Shown here: piece after piece, positions 51,553 to 61,038 of the stretch
Position numbering within the stretch: position 1 is the first letter of the stretch
Layout of the letters: every line of letters begins with the position of its first letter
Assembly: GCA_963666565.1 (NCBI GenBank)
Contig: OY762911.1
Span: forward strand, 1,376,001 to 1,440,000
Length of the DNA: 64,000 nucleotides
From: Thermoanaerobaculia bacterium
GTDB lineage: Bacteria; Acidobacteriota; Thermoanaerobaculia; Multivoradales; Multivoraceae
Direction of reading: 5' to 3'
Position numbers and translations under genes: made by a program
The notes under the pieces: generated by a model
Databases searched by the model: none
The model's input: only the letters and a program-made list of their open reading frames with translations
Told to the model about the DNA's origin: nothing

Positions 51553-52308
51553 TCACACCGCGAACAGCATGATGGCGAGGCCCGAGCCGGCGATCGCGAG
51601 GCCGCTCAGCGTGTGCGCGTGCGCGCGCAGGCCCGGGAAGCGCACGAAGTCGAGGCCGCGGTAGGCGAGCGTCACGACGCCGGCCATCGTCGCGATGGTG
51701 GTCGCGCCGAAGGCAACGGTCACCGGGACCACCGCCCACAAGCCGACCTGAAAGGCCGGCACCATGAGGATGGGGATCAGCGGCTCGCAGGGGCCGAGCA
51801 CGAAGATGACGAAGAGGCTCCAGGCGGTGAGACCGGCCACTCCGGCGGCGTTGCCGGACGGATGCTCGTGGCTTCCGGCCGCCGGATGGTCGTGCGAATG
51901 GACGAGGCCGCTTGCGTGGGCGTGGGCGTGGCGCTGCCGCCTGCGATTGCGGGCCAGCGACCAGCCGGCATAGGTAAGGCCGAAGGCGATGAGGGCCCAC
52001 GAAGCGAGGTCGCCGCGGACCGCCTCGATCGACTCGAAGACGCCGACGCGGCCCTCCATCCAATGGTGCCCTTCGCGGAGGTCCAGCCCGGTCGCGAAGA
52101 TCGCCAGCCCGATGCCGGCGCCGCCGAGCAGAACCGACGACGCGACATGCCCGCCGCCGCACAGTCCGGTGATCCACAGCGTCCGGCGCAGCGACCATCC
52201 GCGGGCCTTGCCGAGGACAACGAACGGCAGCGTGTGGTCGATGCCGATCAGCGTGTGGACGAAGCCGATGCCGACCGCGGCGCCGACCAGGACCCAGACC
52301 GCGTCCAT
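51553..52308 (-). CDS. UreH/NiCoT-like (DsbD_2-type) putative Ni/Co permease
   Basis: GFVHTLIGIDH (HX4DH), GHV.SS, His-rich loop HAHAH...HSHDH..HEH, GPCEP.IP; about 6 TM. Confidence 0.75.
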   Translation of the reverse strand: MDAVWVLVGAAVGIGFVHTLIGIDHTLPFVVLGKARGWSLRRTLWITGLCGGGHVASSVLLGGAGIGLAIFATGLDLREGHHWMEGRVGVFESIEAVRGDLASWALIAFGLTYAGWSLARNRRRQRHAHAHASGLVHSHDHPAAGSHEHPSGNAAGVAGLTAWSLFVIFVLGPCEPLIPILMVPAFQVGLWAVVPVTVAFGATTIATMAGVVTLAYRGLDFVRFPGLRAHAHTLSGLAIAGSGLAIMLFAV

Positions 52309-52417
52309 CTTCTAGGACCTCGCGCCGCAAAACGCGGCGAGGCGAGGGCCGCGGCGCGAGGTCGTGGAGAGGTGGGGGCTGGGGCCGAACATGGAGCTTG
52401 CGACAGGTTCGGCGGCG

Positions 52418-55267
52418 CTACTCGACCGTCACCCAGATCGGCGACGACCAGGCGATCTCCCTGTTCTTCTGGATCACCCGCACATAGTAGTAGTGCTCGC
52501 CGGGCTCGACGTCGCTGTCGACGAAGGTCAGGTCGACTTCCCGGTCCAGGTTCTGGCGGTTGTAGAGGAAGGTCCGGTCGCGGATGATGTCGATTTGCTC
52601 GATGCGGGCGGTGCCGATCGCCTTGACCACCAGCTCGAAACGGCCCGAGACGGCGGGGACGATGTCGCCCTGCAGGTACTCCCGGCCGTTCGCGCGCATC
52701 CGGTAGTCGAGGATGATGTTGTCCGTCGCGGCGTACGAGTGGCGCCGCTTCATCGCGTCCAGGAGGCCTTCGGTGGTGAAGTCCTCGGCGATCGTGGCGG
52801 CGTAGGAGATGTGGGTCGAGATGTGGTCGGACGCGGCCTGCACGCCCAGCTTGTAGCCCTTGGCCCAGGCGTTCCAGACGAAGCCGGCGGGCTGGAAGCC
52901 TCCCTGCTGGCCCATCGGCTTCTCCGCCGTCGGGGCGCGCGGGGCGCCCTCGTACTCCGCCGACGTGCGGTCCCCCTGGTAGATCTCGACGAGCGGTTCG
53001 ACTTCCGGGTCGTTGTCCCGCCAGTCGGTGCCCATGCCGGTGGCCGAGGTATGGGGGATCGAGATCGCGTCGTGCTCCCGGAGGTACGCGAACAGCCGCG
53101 CCGCGCCCTTCTCGTGCCGCCGTTCGGCCTCGGTGATCTCGAGGGTCGGGATGCCGCGCCGGGGCGAGAGGATGTTGCGGTGACCGTCCGGGTAGCCGAT
53201 GCTGCGCTCGTAGGTGTAGACCGGCACGAAGCTTCCCGGCAGGCGGAAGATGTCGGCGATCTGCGGGTGCAGCCAGTTGACGTACTCGATGTCCTGGCCG
53301 CCCCGGTTGTTGTGCTCGCTGACGCCGAGGAAGTCGAGCTCGGCGGCGTCCAGAGCGTAGCGGTAGGCCTCCATCAGCGAGCCGTCGTTCAGGCCGTCGT
53401 GCGAGAACTCCGTGTGGCGGTGGGTGTCGCCCCGGTAGATGCGGTAGGTGCGGCCCTCCGACTCGATCGTGTACGCCCGGATGCGGGCGACGTCCTCGGC
53501 CTCGTTGGGATGGACCGGGTAGGTGTGGTACTCGCGGACGTCGGGGTCGACGAGCCGGGGCGGCGCGGCTTCGCCGGTCAGTGCGGGCAGTCTCGCCGCG
53601 TTGATCGAGGAGTGCTCGAAGAGGTACTCCTCGGAGTCGCGGTTGTCCGTCGGCCAGGCCGCGAACAGGTTGCCGCGGCCGTCGGCGGCCAGTTCCCAGC
53701 GCACGTCCTGGCGGCCGCGGCTGAAGGGCAAGTGGAGCGGCCGCGTCCATTCGCCGCCGGCGTAGGCGGTGCCGAAGATCTGCCAGGCGGCGCGGTGAGC
53801 GGGCGTGAAGTCCGGCGTGTCGCGGGCCCGGATCGTGCGGTGGCGGAAGAAGAGCCACATCCGGCCGTCGCCGTCGGCCTGGAGCACGGGCAGGTCGTTG
53901 AAGCCGGGGATGTACTCGGGAAGTTCGCGCTCGAGCGTCTCGTTCACGTCGGCCGCGGGAACCTGCCAGCGGCCGCCGTCCCACACCGCCACGGCCAGCG
54001 TGCGCCATTCGTAGAGGCGGGTCGCCTCCTTGTAGATCTCGAAGCCGGAGTCCTTGCCCCACTGGAAGCCGCTCTCGTTCCAGGCCGCCCAGAGGCGGTC
54101 CCGGGAGTCGCACGCGACCGAGACGTGGGCCTCGAACTTCGGCGTGCCGGCGACCGGCGCGACGTCCCCCCAGGCGCCGTCCGCGAAGCGCCGCGTCAGC
54201 ACGTCGTAGTTGCCCCGGTCGTAGGTGTCCCAGGCGACGTGGACGGAACCGTCGCCGCAGGCCGCGACCGCCGGCGTCCAGTCGTTGGCGGGAGAGGCCG
54301 AGACGGTTTCCTCGGCCGACCAGCGCGAGCCGTCGTGGCGGCGGGCGAGGATGTCCGAGCGGCCGCCGCGGAAGCCCTGCCAGACGAGCCAGAGGTTGCC
54401 TTCGGCGTCGGTGGCGAGTTCGTGCTCGATGTCCGCCTGGGGCGCCGAGGTCAGGCGTTCCGTCGCCGACCAGACGCCGTCGTCGGCGTTCTCCAGGTAG
54501 CGGCCGTAGAGGTCGAAGTTGCCGTCCGCCTGCTCGGACCAGACCGCCCAGAGCCGTCCCCGGCCGTCGCGCCCGAGCTTCGGCATCAGGCGATCGCCCG
54601 GTTCGCCGGTCACGGCGACGGCCGGTTGCCAGGTCGAACCGTCGAAGCGGCGGGCCACGATGGAAACGCCGCCGTCCCGGTAGGCGGTCCAGGCGGCCCA
54701 GACTTCGCCGTCCTCGCCGCTCGTCATCGTCGCGAAGTCGCTCTCATGGTCCGGCGACGACAGCGGTTCGGCCGGCGCGACCCGGTCGGCCAGTACGGCG
54801 CCGTCGAGGAATGCGAGTTCCTCGCCGACCCGGAGGTCGTGCGGCCGCAGGTCGAAGTCGCCGCGAAGAGTCGAGAAGGCGAGCCGGGTCCCCGACCGGG
54901 CCGCGACATCGACGACGACTCCCGGGTGGTGGAGGTAGGTCACCGTGCCCTTCGGGTCCTCCCACTGGTAGACCCGCCGCGGGTAGTTCATCCCCGGCCT
55001 GGTTGCCATCGTCCAGCTCGCGCCGTCGACTGACTCCGACGGGTGAACGCTCCAGTTCCGCAGAGCCAGCAGGTCGCCGCCCGAGACCTCGACCGAGCCG
55101 TCCCAGGACCGCGGCTCCGTGTCGGTGATCCCGAAACGGACTCGCACGGAGACGACGTCGTCGCCCGTGAGAGGAGGAACCGCCTGTGCGGCGAGCGTCC
55201 CGGTCAGGAGGAGAGTGCAGGCTAGACCGCTGACGGCGGCATGGAGCAGGGCGGGTCTTCGGGCCAT
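52418..55267 (-). CDS. Large secreted protein: N-terminal beta-propeller-like repeats plus C-terminal DUF3604/PHP-like domain
   Basis: Signal peptide; W.(A/V)W repeats; GDTHRHT..S.DG, LDF..VSEH, GHRN, IPHT, LVEIYQG, ASDH, YYYVRV.Q...AWSSPIWV. Confidence 0.78.
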   Translation of the reverse strand: MARRPALLHAAVSGLACTLLLTGTLAAQAVPPLTGDDVVSVRVRFGITDTEPRSWDGSVEVSGGDLLALRNWSVHPSESVDGASWTMATRPGMNYPRRVYQWEDPKGTVTYLHHPGVVVDVAARSGTRLAFSTLRGDFDLRPHDLRVGEELAFLDGAVLADRVAPAEPLSSPDHESDFATMTSGEDGEVWAAWTAYRDGGVSIVARRFDGSTWQPAVAVTGEPGDRLMPKLGRDGRGRLWAVWSEQADGNFDLYGRYLENADDGVWSATERLTSAPQADIEHELATDAEGNLWLVWQGFRGGRSDILARRHDGSRWSAEETVSASPANDWTPAVAACGDGSVHVAWDTYDRGNYDVLTRRFADGAWGDVAPVAGTPKFEAHVSVACDSRDRLWAAWNESGFQWGKDSGFEIYKEATRLYEWRTLAVAVWDGGRWQVPAADVNETLERELPEYIPGFNDLPVLQADGDGRMWLFFRHRTIRARDTPDFTPAHRAAWQIFGTAYAGGEWTRPLHLPFSRGRQDVRWELAADGRGNLFAAWPTDNRDSEEYLFEHSSINAARLPALTGEAAPPRLVDPDVREYHTYPVHPNEAEDVARIRAYTIESEGRTYRIYRGDTHRHTEFSHDGLNDGSLMEAYRYALDAAELDFLGVSEHNNRGGQDIEYVNWLHPQIADIFRLPGSFVPVYTYERSIGYPDGHRNILSPRRGIPTLEITEAERRHEKGAARLFAYLREHDAISIPHTSATGMGTDWRDNDPEVEPLVEIYQGDRTSAEYEGAPRAPTAEKPMGQQGGFQPAGFVWNAWAKGYKLGVQAASDHISTHISYAATIAEDFTTEGLLDAMKRRHSYAATDNIILDYRMRANGREYLQGDIVPAVSGRFELVVKAIGTARIEQIDIIRDRTFLYNRQNLDREVDLTFVDSDVEPGEHYYYVRVIQKNREIAWSSPIWVTVE

Positions 55268-55352
55268 GGCTCCTCCAAACGAGGCCAACAGGAACGAGGT
55301 TAGCGGTTCATCCTAGCGAGGAGTCTGCGCCGCACAACGTCGACGGTCCAGA

Positions 55353-55430
55353 CTGGGTGCGCGGGTCTTCTGACCCGCTGCCGCCGAAGGCGGCCGTAAG
55401 ACCGCGCCGGCCGCAAAGGCCGGCTCCGCT
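55353..55430 (+). repeat. REP-like three-hairpin element copy
   Basis: CTGGGTGCGCGGGTCTTCTGACCCGC-T-GCCGCC-GAA-GGCGGC...GCCGGCC-GCAAA-GGCCGGC. Confidence 0.88.
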
Positions 55431-55510
55431 AGCCGCACTCGCCTTCGCCGCCGCTACACTGAGTCCATATCCGTCCGAAGGCAGAACTCACCGTCCGAAG
55501 GGAGATCGCC

Positions 55511-57448
55511 GTGCAGCGACTGGCCGTTTCGATCCTGACCCTGGCCGCACTCGTGGCGTTCGGCTGCGCCACCGACGACTCCGCCGACCCGGCCGCGACC
55601 CCGGCCGGCGACATCGCGCAAGGCACCGGCAACCCGGCCGACCGCCAGGCCTTCTACGGCGACCTGCACGTCCACACGAAGTACTCCTACGACGCCTTCG
55701 TGTTCGCGACCCGCGCCGGACCGGACGAGGCCTACGAGTTCGCCAAAGGGAACCCGATCGAGCACCCGGCCGGGTTCGAACTGAAGCTCGACCGGCCGCT
55801 CGATTTCCAGGGCGTCTCGGACCACGCGAACTATCTCGGCATGCTGCCGGCGATGGTCGACCCCGACCAGCCAGCCTACAATCACCCTGCGGCCGAGACG
55901 GTGCGGAACGCCGAAACCGTCCAGGAGCGGCGAGGCATCTTCGCCGCCTTGCAGCCCTACGTGCGCTACATGGCCGACGCCGATCCGAGCATCCGGGAGC
56001 ATCTCGACAAGAACGTCGTCCGTTCCGCCTGGAGCGAGATCGCGGCTTCGGCCAACCGCCACTACGAGCCGGGCGTCTTCACCACCTTCATCGCCTACGA
56101 GTACACCTCGGCCGGCGCCGGCGGCATCTACGAGAACCTGCACCGCAACGTCGTCTTCCGCGGCGCCGAGGCGCCGGACATCCCCTTCTCGCGCCTCGAC
56201 TCCTACAACCCGGAGGACCTCTGGGCGCGGATGGACGAGTGGCGAGCCGACGGCTTCGAGGCGATCGCGATCCCCCACAACACGAACGGCTCGGGCGGGC
56301 GGATGTTCGAGTACGAGTACTTCGAGGGCGGCGCCATCGACCAAGCCTACTCGGATCTCCGCAGCCGCAACGAGCCGATCGTCGAGATCACCCAGACCAA
56401 GGGGACATCCGAGACCCACCCGGCGCTGTCGCCGAACGACGAGTGGGCGGGCTTCGAGATCATGCCGTATCGGGTCTCCACGAGCATCCTGAGCGAGCCG
56501 CCCGGCAGCTACGTGCGGGACGCCTACCGCCGCGGCCTGACGATCGAGGCCGGAGGCGTGTCGAACCCGTACAAGCTCGGCGTCATCGGCTCGTCCGACA
56601 CCCACGTCGCCGCCGGCTCGTTCGACGAGGCCAACTACTGGGGCGCCTCGGGCCTGATGCAGCAGACCGCCGAGCAGCGCGGTTCGGTGCCCAGCGAACC
56701 CGCGGCCGGAGCAGACTTGCAGAACCCCACCGCCGCGGCAGAACCGATCGACGACGGGACCGGCCGCATCTACCCGTTCACGACGGCGATCACGAACGGC
56801 GCCTCGGGCCTCGCCGCGGTCTGGGCCGACGCCAACACCCGCGAGGCGATCTTCGACGCCATGCGCCGCAAGGAGACGTTCGCCACCAGCGGTACTCGCA
56901 TGAAGGTTCGCTTCTTCGGCGGTGCCGGACTGGGCGACCTCGACCTCGACGACCCGGAATTGGTCGCCGCGGCATACGAGGCCGGCGTCCCGATGGGCGG
57001 CGACCTCACCGGCGACGACGACGACGAGGCGCCGAGCTTCCTCGTCTGGGCAATGCAGGACACGATGGCCGCATCGCTCCAGCGCGTCCAGATCGTCAAG
57101 GGCTGGGAATCCGGCGGCGAGACGGCGGAGATGGTCTACGACGTCGCCTGTTCAGACGGCCTCGAGGTCGATCCGGCAACCAACCGCTGCCCCGACAACG
57201 GCGCCACCGTCGACCTCAACGACTGCTCAACCAGCGCCGACGTCGGTGCCGCCGAACTCAAGACGATCTGGACCGACCCCGACTTCGACCCGGACCAGCG
57301 CGCCTTCTACTACGCGCGGGTGCTGGAGAACCCGACCTGCCGCTGGTCGTCCTGGGACGCACTGCGAGCCGGTACCGCGCCGCGCCAGGACTTCCCGGCA
57401 ACCATCCAGGAACGCGCCTGGTCGTCGCCCATCTGGTACACCCCCTGA
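55511..57448 (+). CDS. DUF3604 family lipoprotein
   Basis: Lipobox AFGC; FYGDLHVHT..S.DA, PLDF..VSDH, NLHRNVVFR, IPHN.NGS.G, VEITQ.KG.SE.HP, SSDTH, QERAWSSPIWY. Confidence 0.92.
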   Translation: MQRLAVSILTLAALVAFGCATDDSADPAATPAGDIAQGTGNPADRQAFYGDLHVHTKYSYDAFVFATRAGPDEAYEFAKGNPIEHPAGFELKLDRPLDFQGVSDHANYLGMLPAMVDPDQPAYNHPAAETVRNAETVQERRGIFAALQPYVRYMADADPSIREHLDKNVVRSAWSEIAASANRHYEPGVFTTFIAYEYTSAGAGGIYENLHRNVVFRGAEAPDIPFSRLDSYNPEDLWARMDEWRADGFEAIAIPHNTNGSGGRMFEYEYFEGGAIDQAYSDLRSRNEPIVEITQTKGTSETHPALSPNDEWAGFEIMPYRVSTSILSEPPGSYVRDAYRRGLTIEAGGVSNPYKLGVIGSSDTHVAAGSFDEANYWGASGLMQQTAEQRGSVPSEPAAGADLQNPTAAAEPIDDGTGRIYPFTTAITNGASGLAAVWADANTREAIFDAMRRKETFATSGTRMKVRFFGGAGLGDLDLDDPELVAAAYEAGVPMGGDLTGDDDDEAPSFLVWAMQDTMAASLQRVQIVKGWESGGETAEMVYDVACSDGLEVDPATNRCPDNGATVDLNDCSTSADVGAAELKTIWTDPDFDPDQRAFYYARVLENPTCRWSSWDALRAGTAPRQDFPATIQERAWSSPIWYTP

Positions 57449-57450
57449 GC

Positions 57451-57521
57451 CTGGGTGCGCGGGTCTTCCGACCCGCTGCCGCCGCAGGCGGCGTTCAGCA
57501 GCGTCGCGGGCCTGCGGCCGG
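57451..57521 (+). repeat. REP-like element copy directly after stop codon
   Basis: CTGGGTGCGCGGGTCTTCCGACCCGCTGCCGCCGCAGGCGGC. Confidence 0.9.
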
Positions 57522-57526
57522 TGACC

Positions 57527-57739
57527 TCATTGTCCGGACTGCGCCTTCCCGGCCCGCCGACGGGCCTGAAGGAGATAGACGACGAGCCCCATCGCGCCGC
57601 CGAGCAGCGCGAGCGCCGGCGTGTCGGCGCCCCTGTCGCCGAGCATGGCGTTGAATCCGGCCCCGGCGAGGAAGCCGATCAGCACGGCGAGCAGAGCCTT
57701 GCCCACACCGATGGAGCGTGCTTTGGTGCGGGAATTCAC
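57527..57739 (-). CDS. Small two-TM hypothetical protein
   Basis: Two hydrophobic helices with basic tail; flanked by inverted REP-like copies. Confidence 0.5.
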   Translation of the reverse strand: MNSRTKARSIGVGKALLAVLIGFLAGAGFNAMLGDRGADTPALALLGGAMGLVVYLLQARRRAGKAQSGQ

Positions 57740-57800
57740 GGTGACCTGGCCCGAGCGACGGAGCGGAGCCTATCGAGGCTTGCATGGAGCTGGCCGCCAA

Positions 57801-57877
57801 AGCGGTGCCGGCCTTGCGGCCGGCGCGTGCTCCTGACCGCCTGCGGCGGTAGCGGGTCGGAAGACCCGCGCGCCCAG
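57801..57877 (-). repeat. REP-like three-hairpin element copy
   Basis: Reverse complement CTGGGCGC-GCGGGTC-TTCC-GACCCGC-T-ACCGCC-GCA-GGCGGT...GCCGGCC-GCAA-GGCCGGC (compensatory A-T pair). Confidence 0.88.
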
Positions 57878-57981
57878 CGGGCGGCCAGTTCCATGCGCGT
57901 CAGCGCTGCGCGGACGCAGCGCCTGCTGCTAGCTTGGCCGTCCGGCGGCGACCGCCGGCACTTCGACGGAGACGCGCACCC

Positions 57982-59097
57982 ATGAAGATCGACGATCTCA
58001 GAATCACCCTCTTCGCCTGGAACGACATCCCGCCCCACTCCTACCTGGGCCGGGGTCCGTTCGACCCGGCGGGCAAGCCGAACCGGGTCGGCGAACTGGC
58101 TCTGGTGACGATCCGTACCGACGACGGGATCGAGGGCCACTCCTTCCTCGGCATGGGGGCGAGCATCGGCGCCAAGCAGTTGCTGCAGATGTTGAAGCCG
58201 ATGCTGATGGGCCGCGATCCGCTAGCCCGCGAGCGGATCTACCAGCAGATGCTGGAGCGGCGGCTGGTGGTTCAGCCCTGGGTGGTCGGCGCCGTCGACG
58301 TCGCCCTTTGGGACCTTGGCGGCAAGGCGGCGGGGGAGCCGATCCACCGGTTGCTCGGGACGTACCGGGAGAAGCTGCCGGCGTACGCGAGCTCCGAACA
58401 GCAGCCCAGCGTCGAGGCGTACGTCGAGCAGGCGCTCTCCTACCAGGGCAACGGCTGGCGAGGCTACAAGATCCACCCGTTTCGCGTATGGCGGGACGAC
58501 ATGAAGATCTGCCGGGCCGTGCGCGAGGCGGTGGGAGACGGCTTTCCGCTGATGCTCGACTCGACCTGGGGCTACGACTACCCGCAGGCCCTGCGGGTAG
58601 GCAAGCTGATCGAAGAACTCGACTTCGAGTGGTACGAGGACCCGCTCGGCGACCAGGACATCTACAACTACACGAAGCTCCGCCAGCAGCTACGGATCCC
58701 GATCCTGGCCACCGAGTTCCCGGGCGCCTGGTACGACTCGTTCGCGCCGTGGATCTACAACCGGGCAACCGACTACCTGCGCGGCGACGTCGCGCTCAAG
58801 GGCGGCATCACGGGCTGCCTGAAGGCGGCCCACCTGGCCGAGGGTTTCGGGATGAACTTCGAGATCCACCACGGCGGCAACTCGCTGAACAACGTCGCGC
58901 ACCTGCACCTGAGCGCCGCGATCCGAAACTGCGAGTGGTTCGAGGTTCTGCTGCCGGCGGGAGCGCAGAAGTACGGCCTGGTCGAGGACATCGAGGTCGA
59001 CTCGGAGGGCTACGTCCACGCCCCGACGGGCCCCGGCCTCGGCGTCGAGATCGACTTCGACCTGATCGAGCGGAACAAGACCGCCGAGCTCCGGTAG
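57982..59097 (+). CDS. Mandelate racemase / muconate lactonising enzyme (enolase superfamily)
   Basis: VDVALWDL.GK, PAYAS, GYKIHP, LMLD, WYEDP, ATE, GGITG..K.AHLAE.F, PGLG. Confidence 0.9.
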   Translation: MKIDDLRITLFAWNDIPPHSYLGRGPFDPAGKPNRVGELALVTIRTDDGIEGHSFLGMGASIGAKQLLQMLKPMLMGRDPLARERIYQQMLERRLVVQPWVVGAVDVALWDLGGKAAGEPIHRLLGTYREKLPAYASSEQQPSVEAYVEQALSYQGNGWRGYKIHPFRVWRDDMKICRAVREAVGDGFPLMLDSTWGYDYPQALRVGKLIEELDFEWYEDPLGDQDIYNYTKLRQQLRIPILATEFPGAWYDSFAPWIYNRATDYLRGDVALKGGITGCLKAAHLAEGFGMNFEIHHGGNSLNNVAHLHLSAAIRNCEWFEVLLPAGAQKYGLVEDIEVDSEGYVHAPTGPGLGVEIDFDLIERNKTAELR

Positions 59098-59101
59098 CCC
59101 G

Positions 59102-59238
59102 CTGGGTGCGCGGGTCTTCCGACCCGCTCGCGGGCGAAAGCCGCGGAGCGGCGCAGTCCGCACAAATCAGGCCGCCGGCCGGCGACGATGCTGGACGCCG
59201 CCTCCGGCGGCAGCGGGTCGGAAGACCCGCGCACCCAG
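59102..59238. repeat. Inverted pair of REP-like elements (REPIN-like) filling a convergent intergenic gap
   Basis: Plus copy 59102-59127 and minus copy about 59168-59238. Confidence 0.9.
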
Positions 59239-59245
59239 TGCGTTG

Positions 59246-59977
59246 CTACTTGCCGGTCAGCTCTGTCTTCAGCCACCCGATCAGCGTCGGCTCGAGGTCC
59301 GCGTTCTTCGCGAACATCGGCAGGCCGTGCTCGGGGCCGTCGTAGATCTTCGCCGTCGAGTTCGGATGCTTCGAACCCTTGACGGCGCCCTTGAGCTGCT
59401 TGTCGACACCGGCCGTGATCGTGTCGCCGGTCGCCGCGGCGGCGAAGACCGCCAGGTCGGACCTGGCCGCCATGTTCTTGACGGCCGCCTCGCTCGGCGG
59501 GCCGGACAGCAGCATCAGCGCCTTGACCGGCCGGCGCGCGGCCAGGTCGGCCGTCAGCATCGCGCCACAACTGGCGCCGCCCGCGCCCATCCGGCCCGTG
59601 TCGACGCCTTCCTGCTTGCTCAGATAGTCGAACGCCATGTCGACGTCGCCGGACGCCGTCTTCAGGAACGGCGGGAACCCGCCGGCCTCACGAATGCCGG
59701 CGCCGCCGCTCTCGCCGAAGCCGCGCAGGTCCATCGTCAGCACGTGGACGCCCGCGTCGACGAGCTGCGAGGCGATTCCCTTCCAGGACTTCCGGTCTAG
59801 GTTGCACTGGTGGATCAGCAGCATCGCCGGGCCAGGCTTGCCGGGCGACATGTAGGTCGCCTTCAGCATCGTGCCGTCGGACGCCTCGAGATCGACGTCC
59901 ATCGATCCGGCCGCCGCCGGCATGGCCGCCAGCGCCAGGAGCGCCGCCGCCGCAAGAAGGGAAGTGGTGTACCGCAT
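59246..59977 (-). CDS. Secreted alpha/beta hydrolase
   Basis: Signal peptide; LLIH, DLRGFGES, nucleophile GASCG, C-terminal HG; GGAG RBS. Confidence 0.85.
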   Translation of the reverse strand: MRYTTSLLAAAALLALAAMPAAAGSMDVDLEASDGTMLKATYMSPGKPGPAMLLIHQCNLDRKSWKGIASQLVDAGVHVLTMDLRGFGESGGAGIREAGGFPPFLKTASGDVDMAFDYLSKQEGVDTGRMGAGGASCGAMLTADLAARRPVKALMLLSGPPSEAAVKNMAARSDLAVFAAAATGDTITAGVDKQLKGAVKGSKHPNSTAKIYDGPEHGLPMFAKNADLEPTLIGWLKTELTGK

Positions 59978-60064
59978 GAGTGTCTCCTCGTGGTTCGACG
60001 CGGCTGCCCGCATCGCTGGTTCCGGCGTGCCGGCTGTTGAGTCGTGGTTGCGAGGCGGACTCTA

Positions 60065-61012
60065 CTACCGCGGAACGAGCGCCACGATCCGCACCGGCGC
60101 GCCGGTGCCGTTTTCAATCTTCATCGGGAGGGCCGCGAGCAGGAAGCCCGCCTCGGGCACTTCGGACAGGTCGCCGACGTTCTCCAGGTTGGGGATGCCG
60201 GCGGCGCCGCCGATCTGGTGGACGATGAAGTCGGTCGACTGGCCGTAGTCGATGCTGGCCGTGTCGATGCCGAGAAGGCCGATGGCCCGCTCCTCGATGA
60301 GCAGGCGGGCCGCGTCTTCGCCGACGCCGGGGAAGTGGAGGTTGCTGGCGTCGCCGGGAGTGTCGTCGCCGAGGTAGGCGAGGGCGTCGGGCCAGCGGGC
60401 GGCCCAGCCGGTGCGGATCAGCACGGCCGACGCGGCCGGCACCGGGCCGTGCTTCTCTTCCCAGGCGAGGACGTCTTCGGCGGTCACGAGGTAGTCCGGG
60501 TCGGCCGCCGCCGATTCCGTGACGTCGACGACGATGCCGGGCAGGATCAGGCGGTCGAGCGGGATCGACGCGACGTCGTCGCCGCCTTCCGCGAAGTGGA
60601 CGGGCGCGTCGAGGTGGGTGCCGCCGTGCTCGGCGGTCGCAAACTCCTTGGCGGCATAGAAGTAGCCGGCCTCCGTCATGCCCTCGGCGAGCGTCTCGAG
60701 CGCGAAGCCCTTGGTGTCGGTGGGCCAGTAGAGGGTGTCGCCGCCGTAGGCGTGGCTGAGGTCGATCATCCGCCAGTTGGCAACGTCTTCCACGCCGACT
60801 GGCGCGGCCGCTTGCTCGGGCGGCGGTGCTGCGCAGGCAGCGAGGTGCAACGCGCAGAACAGGCTGACCAGGACAAAGGAAGGCGGCTTCAGACTGGGTG
60901 CGCCGGCGTCCTCGCCGGCTGCCGCCGGAGGCGGCCAGGTAGTTGCGCCGGTCGCAAGGCCGGTGTCCGCTTCAGGGCGGGGTCGATGCAAATCGAGTGG
61001 TTGGCGGATCAT
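60065..61012 (-). CDS. Cyclase family (kynurenine formamidase KynB-like) lipoprotein
   Basis: IDLSH, EHGGTHLDAP.HF, LIRTGW, FPG, GIDT.SID, ENV..L, ALPMKI..GTGAP.R; lipobox LAAC; GAGGAGG RBS at ATG 61012. Confidence 0.9.
   Translation of the reverse strand: MIRQPLDLHRPRPEADTGLATGATTWPPPAAAGEDAGAPSLKPPSFVLVSLFCALHLAACAAPPPEQAAAPVGVEDVANWRMIDLSHAYGGDTLYWPTDTKGFALETLAEGMTEAGYFYAAKEFATAEHGGTHLDAPVHFAEGGDDVASIPLDRLILPGIVVDVTESAAADPDYLVTAEDVLAWEEKHGPVPAASAVLIRTGWAARWPDALAYLGDDTPGDASNLHFPGVGEDAARLLIEERAIGLLGIDTASIDYGQSTDFIVHQIGGAAGIPNLENVGDLSEVPEAGFLLAALPMKIENGTGAPVRIVALVPR
60894..60970 (+). repeat. REP-like three-hairpin element (variant B) within cyclase 5' coding region
   Basis: CTGGGTGC-GCCGGCG-TCCT-CGCCGGC-T-GCCGCC-GGA-GGCGGC...GCCGGTC-GCAA-GGCCGGT. 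Confidence 0.88.
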
Positions 61013-61038
61013 GGCGTTCCTCCTCTCAGCAGTCCTCC

